64,000 bases of DNA from Peribolospora baueri (lineage: Eukaryota), in NCBI GenBank assembly GCA_029717555.1, contig JAMDHS010000007.1, positions 62,001 to 126,000 of the forward strand, in the 5' to 3' direction. Numbering within the stretch: position 1 is the first letter of the stretch; each line of letters opens with the position of its first letter. The notes beneath the pieces were generated by a model that was not told the DNA's origin, made no database searches, and saw only the letters and a list, made by a program, of their open reading frames with translations. Both the position numbers and the translations under genes were made by a program. Positions 23,815-37,732 of this stretch are shown one piece after another.

Positions 23815-26800
23815 ATGGCGACCACGCGCAGGCGTCGCGGCTTGAGCGTGAGCGACGCCACCACAGGCGCGTCGGTGGCGACGAGGGCCAGCAGTCGCGT
23901 CACCCGCCCGACCACCGGCGGTCGACGCGGCGGCTCTCGGGCCATGTCCGCGGGCGTCGACGAGGAGGAGGCTGACGACGCCAAGGGCTTCGCCGTGGAG
24001 CAGGCCGCCGACTCTGAGGCGGATGCTTTGATGGCCGTACAAGAGGACGGTGGCGCGGAGACGCATCAGGACGAGCGTCTCTCCACGCCGCGCCCCTCGC
24101 GGGGGTCCGCGCTCGGTACGCCGTTGACGGTGAGGCCGGCCGAGAGGTGGCGTGCCAGCCAGGCGACGAGGGATGCGCAGGCGCTCGAAGAGTCTCGCGG
24201 TGTCGGCCAACAGCAGCAAGGCGAGCAAGCGCCGTCGCAGTCCTCCCTCGCTGAGGAGGGCGGTAGTGACGCGTCGACGCGTCCGTTGTTCCGTCGCATG
24301 CGTCTTCGCCAGAGCTTGTTCGGCGAGGGGGATAGGCTGCATCTGATGACGGTCGAACAGAGGCTTGCAGTCATGCAACAGCAGGCGCGGGACGTGACCA
24401 ACTTCTATCTCACCGAGAGCGATGGTGCTGTCGAGTCCCAGAGCGAGGAAGGCACCGACAAGCTCAAAGGGATGGGCGAGGAAGCGCAGCGCCTCTGGAA
24501 ACCGTTCGCCGGTGAGCACCATCTCGGTCTTTGCGTTTATATCTGCCTTTTCTTTTGCTTACTTTTCATCCTCTCCGGTATCAGAGTTTAAACGGAACCG
24601 CCTGTTCGCGTCGTCCGAGTTCGATCAACACTTCATATTCGTGTCCGAGATCCTCGACGCGCTTCGTGGCGACCCCACTTTCTCGCCTTCCAAACTCAAT
24701 CTGACTCCTATTCGCGAGGCCAACATCGCTACCTTCCTCCACTATGTTTTCCAGGTGTACCGCTTTGCCGCAGAAGATGCTGATGATGCTCAGGAAGTGC
24801 CAAGGCCCGTTGACGTCAAGGCACTCGACGAGGCGAGGACGGTCTTCTTTGAGCTCATAGTTCCTTCCGAGGCGGAGATCAATGAAGGCGTGTTGTCATT
24901 GTTGATCGACCTCAACACTCAGGTGGGCTCTTCGTGTCTCCCGAATTAACAGTGACTGTCAGCGGGCTCAGCCGACGTGACCTCTTGCCTCTTTCTCGGA
25001 ACGGCAGGTGTTCATTCACTCAGCGATCCAGCGTGCGGCGGCGTGTATGAAGGAATCGTCGGAGTCTGATGGAGCGCATCTCTTGCGCCTCACAGCCGGC
25101 CACCGTGAATCCATGGACGATATGACGGCGCTCTTCAGCGTCAGCTCCCTTATGGAGCAGCTCAACAAGTCTGGAAGGACCGGTGAAGAGGGAGGTTTGA
25201 GCGAGGATAGGATCGCGGAGAAGCTCAGAACGTACGAACGCCTGGCCCGCTATCGGATGGACGATGTGAGTTGGTGCCCGATGGGGATGGAACAGGAGCG
25301 GCTCTGACAATAGCTCGTTTCAAATGCGTCCCTCTCAGCTTCGCGTTATGGACTACGAATACATCACGATGATGGAGCGTTATCCTTTGTTTATCGTGGC
25401 ATGTCGGCTTGCGTCGTTCATCCGTGAGCTACCTCTTCACCCCCGTGAGCGACCGCGGACGCCAAGTCAACCTCCACCCGGACAGAGTCACTCGGCAGTC
25501 CGTCCAATGCAACGCTCATCCGGTGGAGGTGTCGGCGGCGGTGCGTTGGAGCACGCAGACGACGGAGGAGAAAGTCTCGTGGAGAGCAGCCAGGAAAACG
25601 AGGGCGAGCACCACTTTCGGCCAGAAGAGATCGCCCGGTTCAACGCCGAGATCCTTGCTGGCAACCTTGAGCCGGACGCGAACCAATCGGCGCAATTGCT
25701 CGGAACTAGCGAGCAGCACATTGCCGCTCTGCTGGCATCTTCCGGGTTCAGCCAGGCCACTTCCCTTGACGACGTGGGCAGTAGTCAGCAGAGCGAATCG
25801 GAGAGTGTAGTGGGAATGGCCCCAGAGACCGCCATGGCGGCTCTCCGAAACAGGAGCACGGGCAAGAGCATCAGCGGCATCGTCCTCGGCAGCCCAGTCG
25901 CGCCCGAGGTGCAGACCCACCTCAGCCCGGAGCAGCAGCTCGCACAGCTGGAGGGTCGTCTACAGTTCACGCCCGGCTATCGTCTTCAGATGTGAGTCAA
26001 CCAGTCCGTTTTCGGCTGTCCAGCACGTCTTACTGAGGCCTTCTTTCTCGATTTCCTTCAGATCAAACGTGCAACGGTAAGAGCCGTCATGTCGTCTCGG
26101 GCGTCGCGTTTTAACAGAATGGCTAAAATCCTCTGTTGTCTCATCACAGTCCTGGTGTCAGCGCTTTTCAGCCGACGGAAGAAGGGGAACAGCTGCAGGA
26201 ATTCGATTCTCAGCAGGACGGCGTTGAGCCCGAGGAGGATGTGTTCTTGCAAGGCGATCGCCAAGATGGCAAACGCAAGGGAAAGGGGAAGGCTAAGCAG
26301 ACCCGGGGCCGGGTCTTGGCGGAACGCCAAAACGTCGACGAGCCTGGTCTGGCGCGCGGGTCCGGTCGGCCTGGAGTCGACCAATCGATGTCGGCCGGCG
26401 ATAGCTTGGTGTCACAGGGCGGCATGCCGGAATTGGACGGAGATGACCCGCGCGGCCTCGAATGGCAGCCTTACGACGAAAGCGCGACGTACCGGCCAGA
26501 AGCCTTCCCTTCGACTTCCCCGGCGAGCGAGCAGCCGGGCCAGCCACAGATCGATCCGCAGCTGGAGATGGGTGATAACGCGGGACGCAATGGCGTGCAT
26601 CACAACATCCAGTCGAACGAGGCGGTCGGGCGCAACGTGGCCCAAGTGATCAATCACATCGTTGGGTCGGCTCACCGCGGTTATTCTACGCCACCACGGT
26701 CGAGGAAGCGGTCGCGTGCGGATCGGGGGGAGGAGGAGTCTGAGAGCGGCGACGTGACTGAGCTCGACGAGCAGACGCGAGAGTGGCTTAATGCCGGAAA

Positions 26801-27879
26801 GCGCCGACGGGCGGACGAGCAAGCGGGAAAGGACATGGTGGAGCCGGTCAAGAAGCAGCGCACGGAGGTGTCTCAACTCCCGCAACAAGGGGAGGCGGAG
26901 GAGGCGGGGGCGTCCCAGGCTCAGAGTGGAGCGGGGGGCGCGGTGGTGGCTACAGAGAAGAAGTCGAGGTCGTACGCCACCGGCGGCAACCAGACCGGTC
27001 GCAAGGGCTGGACGCAAGAAGAGACGGACGCGCTATTGGATGCGCTCGAGCGTCTCTTGCTTGGCGAACGTCGTCCCAAGCAGCCGTACTCGGAGGTGCT
27101 TGACCTGTACGGCGAGTTCGCTGGGAGCGGCAACCCGATCCTCAAATACAAGAACAACGTGCAGCTAAAGGACAAGGCGCGGAACGAGTACCAGAAGAGG
27201 CTCCGCGCCGGCGAGCCCATCCCTTCGTACTTCCTCAAGCTGTTTAACACTGTGCAGAAGGGACGCGGACCGGACGCCGAGGTGAAGGCGAGTACGGGCC
27301 GCCCACGTCAGAGCCGGCAGGGCGGGTCAAGTCGCGCACAGCAGCACCAGCAACACCACGAGCAAGGACACTACGACCAACACGCACACCTGCAGCAGCA
27401 CCAGCACGAGCAGCACGTGGCGGAGCAGGCGGGGGCCCAGGCGGGGGGGGCGCCGATGCAAGCCCATCAGCCGTCCTTCGCCGGCTTGTCCACTGCAGCA
27501 GCACAGCCGTTCACGCTCACTGCGGCTCAACAGCAGCAGATCGACACTTCGAGCTTCCTACCGCTCCTGGCCGCGATGAGCAGGCACGTGATGCAGCTCC
27601 AGCAGGCGCAACAACAACAAGCCCACCAACATCACCAACAGGAACAGCCGGTTCATGAGCAGCAGCAGCAGGGGCACGAGCAGGTGCAGATGCAGGAGCA
27701 CGAGCGGGCAGTGGCGGCGGAAGAGCAGGCGCAGCAGCATGAGCAGACACAACTCGAACAGGCACAACTTGAGCAGGTTCAGCACGAGCAGCAGCAGGCG
27801 CAACAAGTCGATACCCGACGGGAGGACGAGAAGCAAGAGCAAGTGGAGGGGCAGGAGCAGGAGCAGGAGCACGCGCACA

Positions 27880-27920
<41 letters not shown>

Positions 27921-27962
27921 CCGGTGGTGCACGCGGCAGGAGACCCGGGCGTGACGGCATGA
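23815..27962 (+). CDS. Telomere-repeat-binding factor (Tbf1/TRF-like): TRF-type helical domain plus C-terminal telobox Myb, Gln/His-rich tail
   Basis: IREANIATF and FFELIVP...LLIDLNTQ|VFI resemble the Tbf1/TRF domain. GRKGWTQEETDALL...LDLYG...ILKYKNNVQLKDKARN...IPSYF is a Tbf1-type Myb. Six exons, including a 15-nt microexon at 26062-26076. Confidence 0.82.
27880..27920 (+). repeat. (GAGCAC)n coding repeat giving an HEHEHE tract
   Basis: About six tandem CACGAG units in the last exon. Confidence 0.9.
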
Positions 27963-28371
27963 ACGGGCGTGGTCGTGGGTTAGAGTGTTCTGTCGGTGGT
28001 GATGTCTCGAGTCTGGAATTTGTGAGATAATAGTTAGCTTTGCGCTCTCCGTCTCGAAAACCGTCGGCGACTTTTCTTGAGAGAGTCAGGTCGAATGAGA
28101 TGCCTCCGTCGTCAGTTTGTTCGCTCTTTCCCGCTCTCCGCTTTCAGCGTTCAAAAGATTTCGGAACGTCTGTTCGAGATAATGAAAAGAGCTTGATTAA
28201 CTGGCAGGTGACGTGAAAGCTTTGGCTACGCTGGTTTTCACGGGCGCTTCCGGCTCGCTGCGCGAGGTTCCTAGACATCGGCAAGGGTCTAAAACAAACG
28301 ACAAGTTCGACTCGCTCGTGCCATCCACTACCGTCCTAGCCATCGATCTATTCATGACATGGCACGGCAGC

Positions 28372-29221
28372 TCAGTGAGCGGCGTGGGCGGGCTCGTCCG
28401 CCTCGGCGGAACGGAGGTAAGCGGAGAGGTCCTCGGCGGGCTCGGTGATGCCACTGGCATCGGCGCCGGCCTTGAGCACGTCCGACTCGGCGAGCAGCGG
28501 CTCCTGGGCGTCGTACGCCTGAAGCTCCTGCGCGAGCTCCTGGCCCGAGGGGACGGCGGGGGCGGCGGGGGGAGGGGGGACGTGGAACTCGCGGACTTGG
28601 CCTTTGTGGGCGTCCTTGACCTGCGGGGCAGAGAAAAGAGCAGAGAAGACGAAGACGAAAGAAGAAGCAGCAAAGACATGGGAGGTGAGCTTGAGGCGTT
28701 TCCATCGCCGTCTCGGACCGGACCCAGGCTACGCACCGCCGGAGGGGGCTTGTAGCCCTTGGTCTCCTTGATGTACACGTCCTTGACAATGTCAGTGACG
28801 CCTAAAGAGCCGGGGAGGAAGCGAGGGGAGGAAAAGAAAAGGGAAACGGCGAGGCATGGGGATGAGGCAAAGGAAACGGAGGAGGAGGGGGGACGCGATC
28901 GAAAGAACGCCGGCCGGCCCTGAACGCGCCTCGGCGGGTGCGATGGGTGTGATACGCACTCTTTTGCGAAACGGTCGACGTCGCGAACGACCGGCTGACG
29001 TTGGTGCGGAGGGCAGGCACGGCGCGGGCCTGAACAGCGGAGAGACCAGTGAGGTGAGCCGGGGTGAGCGAACGGGCGACGTGCGACGTGCAACAAGAGC
29101 AGAACAGAGCCCAACCGAGCCGAGGCGAGCTCAGCCTGATTCGACGCCCCATTCTGAAGGCCTTGGAAGAGAGGCAGGCACTCACCGCAGACAACGCGCT
29201 CCGTGCGAGGAAGGCGGGCAT
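28372..29221 (-). CDS. ATP14: Mitochondrial ATP synthase subunit h, 4 exons
   Basis: Presequence MPAFLARSALSA|ARAVPALR...RSFATS, then DIVKDVYIKETKGYKPPPA|VKDAHKGQVREFHVPPPPAAP...ELQAYDAQEP. Confidence 0.85.
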
Positions 29222-31589
29222 GATGAAAGCGGGGATGAAGTGAAGGAGGAAGGGGACTGGAAGGTAGGAAGGTACGGTGGAACGACGACGGCGACGACGA
29301 TCGTCGATTCGCTCGACTCCGGGACGGACGGCGAAGAGATCCGGGCGAGGCGTGGGAGTTTCAGGCCGAATGCCGTCTATCTCCGTCCTTGCTACCGGTC
29401 ACGTGCGAGATCGACGGTGACCTCCCTTGTGTGTTCTCCCCCTCCTGTCCTCTTCCTTGCTTTCTTTTCCAACAGGGGTCCGTGTCTACGGTCATCGCGC
29501 CAGAAGATGAAGGAAGGATGGGGTCATCCAAGATACACGATTTGACCGAGAGGGTCTCTCTGCCGACATATCCTTGCGCACAGAAACCAACCAGCCCGCC
29601 GAGGTTGTCGGATGTCCGACCGCCTCGTCGCCTCGTTCATTCATTCATTTAGATGACTTGCATGCTTTCGACCTCAGCTCTAGAGACGAGGCTACGCAGG
29701 CGGTTTGTCGTGCTCGGCTGTGCAAAGATGGGCGGCTGACTGGTGAGCTAGTTGCAAAGCGTAGCCTTGCACGCCGCTGCACATCGCTTCACGTCGGTTT
29801 GCCGACAGGAAACAGACAATGGGCGGAGGCGGGCGTTGGAACGTTCCTTGAGGTAGAGCGGCACGCATGCTTGCGCTGGGCGACGGTGTACGCAGAGCTG
29901 TCGTCCGTGAAAGCTGCGCACTGTAGGATCGACGGAGGCTGTGACGTCGTCGACTTGATTGCTGGCCTTGCTATCTGTGCTGCTTAGCTCGAGCGCTCTG
30001 TCTCAGATGCACCACATCCATCCACACCTGACGGACGGGGTCGTCCAACGGCGGGGCATCCCGTGCCGATCCCAGTGCGGTTGCTGCGGTGGAGGGACCA
30101 GTGGTGGCTGATCATGGACCGAGCGAGTTGCAATCAATAGTCCGAGCGGAGAGCATGATCACAGGACCGGCGCCGGGTCGGGCTCGGTAGCAGAACGGGA
30201 TCCGACGGCTGATAGACGGACGACTTGTACTCGGTGACTTACATGCAAGCAAGTACCGTAAGTACCTGCCAAACGTAGTCTTGTTCGTCTCGTCTCGTCT
30301 CGTCTCGTCTTCCCTCTTCTCTCCGTGCCGGGCCGGTCGCCGGTCGCTGGCTGATGGAGGGAGGGAACGGGAATATGTGGTCACGTTGGCTCACCTTTGC
30401 CCTTCACTAGTCTCTCCCCGCTCATCCCTCCATCGGCAGCTAATCTGATCTGACCCTCGTTCGCACGCTGGCAACAATGGCAGCCGCTAAGCCGGCCGCC
30501 GGCTTCATTCGCCACTCCATCCCATCCGCCGAGCTCCCGCTGACGCTGACCGCTCCCTAGATAGCGACCGTCTCACAGACGCTCACGCCCCGGCCGGCAC
30601 CCGGTCGCCCCGACCGACAGCTCCCACTCCGATGGACCCTTTTCGGGAAACCTGCTCCACTTTCCTCGGTTGTTCCTCCGCGACGCACGGGCACGGGTCG
30701 GTGGGTGGGGGTCCTCTTCCACGTTATCACCACGCTATCATCCTGACTCAACCGTGCACACACAGTGCGACACACGTTGTGCTCGGGCGCTAACGATGGC
30801 CACTGCCTTTTGTTCTTGCCTTGGTGTGTTCGTGTGGGGCTGACTGGCGATGGATCGACCTTGCGGCTGTGGTCCTTGCAGTCACAGCCTCCCCTTGTCA
30901 GTCCCTGAGACGGGCGTGCAGCAGATGATCATCTCTTTGCATCGCCTCTCCGCATGGTCCTCGCCTCTCGCCGACGCCGCTCATTTCACCACCCTCTCCT
31001 CGGTACCGTCGACATTGCTTGCGTGGTCCCTCCGGCGGCAAGACTCCGCCGGCACGTCGACAGGGCCTCTCCAAAGCATAGTCTACGTCCTGCGTCGGAG
31101 GTCTTCTGACCACCTCCCGCAATCGGCAGCGCTCGTCCGTTATACCGTCCCATCCTCCGTCTTACCATACGAGGGCAACACCGCCATGGTCTTCTACCAT
31201 CTTTACCGCTCACTTCATCCAGACTAGCTCTCCTCGTCATCTGAGTATACTGACCTAGCCGAGGATGGGAAAGATCAGCTCCGGGTGCCGGTAGAATGCA
31301 CACCTGACCCCCCCTTTCCCGACCCCCTCTGCGCGGGCAACGCTGACTATAAAACCCGTCTTCCTTTCTTCGTCCAGCCTTTGCCCCCTCTCCCAAGCCC
31401 CATATCGGTCACCCTTTGTCCCTTCTCACCCCCCGAGTTAGCTCACCCTCTTCTCGTCTGCTACGCATAACCCCCCCGGCGGTCGCTCACGCTCTTTCCA
31501 GCTACGCCACTTCGCACGACGTTTCGCTGCTCGACCACGCTCCTCTCCTCTTCTTCCTTTGGTCTTCTTCTCAAGCCCATTCGATCGAG

Positions 31590-32739
31590 ATGATCCCCTC
31601 CGGTACCGCTTCGAGCGTCCTCCGCTTCGCCCTCGCTGCCGCCTTCGTGGCCGGCGTCCAGGCGAACCCCTATAACAAGGTCAAGCAGTATAAAGGCAGC
31701 GGTGAGGCGCCAATGGAACGGTAAATGTGATTGAATAATAATAGCTCGACTGACAAATGCCCCTCCCTCCTTCTTCCGCTACGCCGCACCGCAGACTTCC
31801 TCAGTTGGTCGTTTGCCACGGTGAGCGGCAGGCGCGGATTTTCCTTTGACGGGTGACCTATCTCGCTCATCCGTATCACTCGTTCCTTTTTCCATCCTTC
31901 TGCTGCAGGGCGCCGATCTCACTCACGGCGCGGTGAACTACCTCGGCTCTCAAGACGCCCAGAACGCCGGCCTGGCCAAGGTAAACTCGGACGGCTCGTT
32001 CCACATGGCCGTCGACTCGACGTCCACGGGCGTCAACCGCAATTCTGTGCGAATCCAGAGCAACGAGCAGTACGAGGACGCGGTCATCATCCTCGACCTC
32101 GCTCACATGCCCCAGGGTTGCGGCACCTGGCCCGCCTTCTGGACCGTCGGCAGCAACTGGCCGGCGAACGGCGAGATTGACATCCTGGAGGGCGTCAACG
32201 ACGAGGGCCCCAATGCGGCCACTCTGCACACCACGCCCGGCTGCACAATGGGCTTCGGATCGGAGACGGGCACGCCGGTCTCCACGAACTGCGACACCTC
32301 GGTGAACGGCAACCAGGGCTGCCAGGTCAAGTTCAACCAGGCGAACAGCTACAGCGAGGCGCTCAACAGCGCCGGCGGCGGTTACTTTGCCATGCAGAGG
32401 GACCAGAACGCTGGCATCTTCATCTGGTTCTGGGCCCGCAACTCTGGCGGCATCCCGTCCGACGTCACCTCGCTCGGCGGCAGCGTCGACGTCTCTGGCT
32501 GGGGCACCCCCACCGCATCGTTCCCCTTCTCCGGCTCGTGCTCCAACTCGCACTTTGGGCCCCACAACATCGTCTTCGATCTCACCCTCTGCGGAGACTG
32601 GGCCGGCAGCGTCTTCCCCAGCGCGCCCTGCGCCCAGGCCCTTGGTACGACCAACTGCGTCAGCTTTGCGCAGAATACGCCTAGCGCGTTCACTAACGCT
32701 TACTGGACCGTCAACTCGGTCTGGGTCGGCCAGATGTAG
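31590..32739 (+). CDS. Secreted GH16 endo-beta-1,3(4)-glucanase (Lam16A-like), 3 exons
   Basis: Signal peptide, GCGTWPAFW, catalytic GEIDILEG and FDLTLCGDWAG motifs. Introns at 31702-31794 and 31821-31908. Confidence 0.93.
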
Positions 32740-33540
32740 ACGCCGTGTCCTCTCTTCCTCCCTTCCTTCCTTCCCCTGCCGTTCTCCTTCTCCTTCCCTA
32801 GGGTGACCGACCCATCTGCTTCTTCGATTACCGCGGCACGCCTCCGTGGCCCGCCCCCCGCGGCCATACTCGATGTCTTGACCCATACCCCCCCCCGCGT
32901 TCCATACCTATTTCTCGCACTGGCTCGAAGCCGGCCGGCTGGCCTTGGGACGACCTCTGCGTATGCCTCCCCTGCCACCCTGCCCGCCGGCGCGGGCGTC
33001 CGATCCAGGAGACACGGACGGACGGACGGACGGACGGGGGCCCATCATTTTTTCTTTTCCATTTCTCCATCGACTCCCCGTGTACTATAATATAGCTCGT
33101 CGGTCCTGCGTCATCACTCGCCTCGAATCCAATCGCGTCGGGCCGTCGACCAGACCAGACCCAGTTCGTCAATCCGTCGTCACATCAGTCCGTCAGCCTC
33201 ATACGTCATGGTCATCGAAAATCGGATGCGTTGCATAAGGTGGTATCACGAACCTTCCACCCGCTACGTGTACAACGAAGGCATTCTCCGAGCCAGTTCA
33301 CACCCAAGGAAGAGGAGAGGAAAAGAAATTGTCCTTCGCCGAGGAGCAGTGAGAGCAAATAAGCATGTGTGAAGGGAAAATAAAAAGTTCCGCGACAAAA
33401 TTACCTATGGATGACGACAACGGTCGGTCGGTCGGTCGTTGTGGGTGAGCGTGAAATGCATGAACGTACAGAAATGCTAGAGGAAATGGAAAAGACTCTT
33501 GGATGGACAACGCCTCGTCGTCGTCGCCGCCCTGCTCCGA

Positions 33541-36500
33541 TCACACCGCGTTGGGTACCTTGGCCGGGATGTTCGGCGTCCCAGGCCTGCCCTTCCTCGC
33601 CTCGCCAAACCCAGCCTGAACCGCCGCCGTGTGCCCATAGCGCTGGTGTACCGGCTCAAAGTCAGACCCGTCGAGCCGACTGCTGAGCGCGTCCGAGGAG
33701 GCGGCGCTGAACGAGTCGCCGCCGCGAACGCTGACGGCGCGGCGCTTGCCGAGCGCCTTCTCGGAAGGTACGACGGGCGTGGTGGGCACGGAAGAATCGT
33801 CGTCATCTTCCTCATCGTTTCTCGTTCCCCTGCCATCCTCCCACTGCCCCTTGGTGTGATCAAGAGCGGCGGCGACGACGCCGTTGGGCCTGCCCATGGC
33901 CATTAGCAGATCCATGTGTATTTGAATGGGCGACTCTGGCTGAGTAGGCAGGCCTAAAATGGATGGGGGGAGTGTGGGCGCGTTACCCGTTTGTCCGACA
34001 GCCAGGGGCGTCGGCAGAGGTCGTGTGAACGAGGGAGCGGACGCGGAGACGAGAGAAGGGAGCCTGGAATCGTCGGGCGTCGAGGTCGGGCTGGGACCGA
34101 GGGCTACGGTAAATTGGGGCGTCGTCGTCGTCGTCGCGGGTGCTGGCGCTGTCTGTTGCAAGCTGGTGTACGGGTTGTTGTTTGAAACGCTTGGACGGCT
34201 CGACGTGCTTACGGAGCCCCTTCGAGAGGACGAGGGCGTGAAAGACCCGATCTTGCCACCACTCCCGCGTCGCGAGACGATCTGCTCGGCATTCGAATCG
34301 TTCCCACCGCGCATCTCCTCAGCCTCAAAGGGCTTGTGCGAGTGGCCGAAAAACTCCTTGCTCCACCGCAGAGCCTCCCTGCTCTGGCGCTTGTGGGCCT
34401 TCTTGGCCGCCGACGGCGGAGAGTTGCGTCCTGTGAACGGGTTGCTGCTCATGGCTTGGACGGCCGAAGGCGGGGCGGAAGCGGCATGGCCGACCATGGC
34501 CGGGGCGAAAGGATTTGTCTGGAGCTTCGCCGGCAGTTCTCGTCCAGTTCCGCCGTTACCGTGACCGTTGACGCCATTCGTTCGTTCCGGCCTCGGACCG
34601 TGCGGGTGTTCGCGGGACGACGAGCTCTGGCGCGAGTGTGTTTTCACGGACGCGGCGGGGGAAACGGTGAGGAACTCGCCGTGGGTGGGATACGGGGGCT
34701 GAACGGGCAAAGGAGGTGCTTCCTTCACACTGCCCTTCCGACCCTCCGACCCCGAACGATCCGGCTTTTGTTGCGAAGGCTTCGGGCTCGCGGCGCGACT
34801 GCCACTACCGCTAGCTTGCATCGCGGCGCTTGCGGCGCCACCGCCGCCGCCGAGGGCCGAAGAGTTAAACAGCTCGCCCGTTTCGGGATCTTGCCAGAGC
34901 GCGCTTCGATCGACCTTGACCTCGACCTTGCTCCGCTCGCGCACCTCGCCCTCCGTGGCCTCGAACTCTCGCATGCGCTGGACGTCCGCCAGCATCTGCA
35001 GTGACGCGTGTAATTCCTCGTTGGCACCCAATAGATCCGCCAGCAGTCGCTCCTCTGGTGTCTCCGTGATTCCAGGCGGAGTAGGCGCGTTCGGGTCTCT
35101 GGAAAGCATAGCGGCCACCTCGGCGTCGGCACGCTCGCGCGATCGATCCGCCTGTGCCGTGGCCCACGGGATCTGAGCGAGGATGAACGTTTGAGACAGT
35201 TGGACCTTTGTGCGGAACTCCTGCAGGGCGAGTTGAGAGGGCAGCACTCGGAGTCAATCACACGCTCCTGCAGCCCACCAGTGACGATCACACAACGACC
35301 CGTGCTGCCCCTAGGGCTCACCGCGATGAGCGCCTCGTCCCGGTCACCATTTGCCACTTGTCCATCTCCGGCTCCAAATCCCAAGGCCTGGCCTAGTAGG
35401 GCAGCGTTGCTTCGCGCGATCTGACACTCCTCATGGAGCTTCCTCATGTCGTCCTCTGGAGAAACAATCTGTTCCTGAATGAGGGGCCCTCTCCCGACGG
35501 CGGGATAAGCGATGGGAGCCGTAAGAGGTGCGGGCGTCCAGACGCCGTGTCCCACAAAGGGACCACGTGGCCCGTTGGAGGAGGCGGTCCTGAACAGCAT
35601 CTGGGTGGTCCTCGGCTGCCGAGGAATTGGCGAGAAGAGCGGCGAGTTGGGATCGAGTGGTTCTCCCTGTCAGACACGACGTTGAGACGTTAGCGGATGG
35701 ACAGGGCAGACCGCGTATCTGTCGCAATTCGGAACCCACATCTTCAGGTCGATCGGCCGGCTTGATCTTATTCCAGAGTTTGGTGATGGAGCACAAATCA
35801 CCATCGGATTTGAACTGGGAGTAGAGCAAGGGCAAGTGCAAAATTCAGACAATGCCATCCTACCGAGCAAGGTCACCCACGCGAAGCAGTGAACGCGACG
35901 CGGCTCACCTGCCAGGCCAGCACGGCGAGGACGTCCAACAGGATCGCCCTCGTCGCGGGGTCGGTTTTGGAGCTGGCGATCGTATCATCCACAACGTCCA
36001 AGAACCTTCTGGACGCCACCTGGAGTCGGAACCGATCGGACGTGTTGAGGGTGGTGATACCCCAGATGCGTGCCGCTCGCTCTCGAGTTTCGCCTTGGCC
36101 GTACTTGAACTCTTTTCGCAGCGCGCGGGCCGCCTCTTTTGCCGAGGCTTCTGAGTGGGATATGCTGTCGCAGACGGAGAGGACGTAGGTCCAGTCGGCT
36201 GTCGTAAGAGGGTGGGCGCAGAGCCAGCCTGGGAGAAAGGGGCGGCTTTGTTGGTAAGAAGCAATGACGTGCTTCGAACAAAGGGGTCGGTCGCAACGGA
36301 CTCACCGATCTTGTTGGTGATCACTCCCTCCTTCTCCTTTCCTCCATGCTCCCCTTTCTTCCTACTGCTGCGTTCGCCACTGCCGTTCGCCGGCGCGACT
36401 TGGCCCGGCGCTGCGCTGGCGGACCTGAGACCGAAGAAGGAGCCGAAGGCGCCGCGCTTCTTCTCCTTTCCGCCCTGCTGCTGCTCCGGTGGTAGCCCTG

Positions 36501-36651
36501 TGTCCATCCTGTTTCCCCTTTCCGCCTCCATGTCGCCGTCCCTGTTCGCAGAGCCGTCTCTGCTGCCGTCCGTCGACACGCGCCTACGCACGCCCCTTCT
36601 TCGTACGCGAGGCGCAGCCACTGGAGGGGGGGATGGAGGATGCAACTCCAT
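33541..36651 (-). CDS. VHS-GAT domain endocytic adaptor (Lsb5/Tom1-like) with NPF motifs
   Basis: VHS-like WTYVLSVCDSISHSEASAKEAARALRKEFKYG...RAARIW. GAT-like LHEECQIARSNAALL...EERLLADLLGANEEL. NPF/NPY motifs occur in the tail. Confidence 0.75.
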
Positions 36652-37732
36652 GGGGGAAGAGAGTATACGAGGTGTGACGCTGTGTAGGGACGTGGAATAG
36701 GAGATGGAAGTGGGGAGAGGTAATAACGAGGGGGTTCGCGGTAAACTAAAAGGCGGGGGCTAGCGTGCGGTAGTCGGCCAGCGGCAAGGGCAGGCGGCTC
36801 GCCACGAAGCGAGCGAGCGTGGTGGGAGTAGTTGGAGGAGGTGGCGCCAAGGGGCTCGATTGTGGGCGGGCGAGAGGATGAGAGTATAAAAGAGAAGTCG
36901 ATTATGGTCGAAGCCATCCATTCATCCATCCATCGACCTCGAGCAGCGCCCGTGCGAGGTCGGCCGAGGCGGTGTCGCCGCAGCCGCGATTGGCTCGGAA
37001 ACGCTCGACGGTGAAACTCAAACAGCGACCGCCTGGCGAGTGACGACATGTCCAAACCGACGTTCCTTCCAGATCCCCCGTTCATGACCATGACAGGCAA
37101 GCGCACGATCGGAGAGAGAGACCTGTCGCCCCGGTCGCCAAGACGGGAAAATTCACGACTGGCAAGCATATGTATGTATGTACACCGTGCTCCGTCGGCG
37201 AGACGACACGACGGATCTGGATCGTCACGAGATGGACCGCCGCGTATCTTATCTAACCGTTGACGGCAACAAGCAGGTGAGCGTAATAGCTCGCGGCGGC
37301 CCACCAACCAGATGATGACGAAGATAAAGAGAGACATCCAAGCCATGTGCCCACGGGCTGTCGCACGTTGCAGAGACGAGAGACTCAAGACGAGCATGTC
37401 GCTCATCGTTGCTGACCTTCTAGCCACGGCCAGATACTCTTGAATGAACGGATCGGTAATCCATTCAGCGGTGCAGAAGCTGTTCGTCTCCCGGAAGATG
37501 CTGTCCGACTCCCAGTCTTTATCGCCGAGGGAAAGATGCTTCCTGACGTGCGCGAACAGGTCGCCGTGGCGATGAGCGGGAAAAGAAAGGAATGGCGCCT
37601 TGGCCTTTCCCGTGCTGCGGCACCCGATCACGTCCTGCCGCAGCCGGCCCAACCTGCACGACCGATCGTCACACGTCCTGAAGACGTTGCTCGCGACGAT
37701 CAGGTCAGGTCAGGACAGTCGGCCAGGCCAGC

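Noticed and set aside
31876..32886. 336-aa minus-strand ORF
   Set aside because: Antisense shadow of the GH16 exon.
36321..37652. 443-aa minus-strand ORF across the VHS-GAT/APC1 divergent region
   Set aside because: No recognisable domain, it overlaps the real gene start out of frame, and it is consistent with a chance GC-rich ORF.
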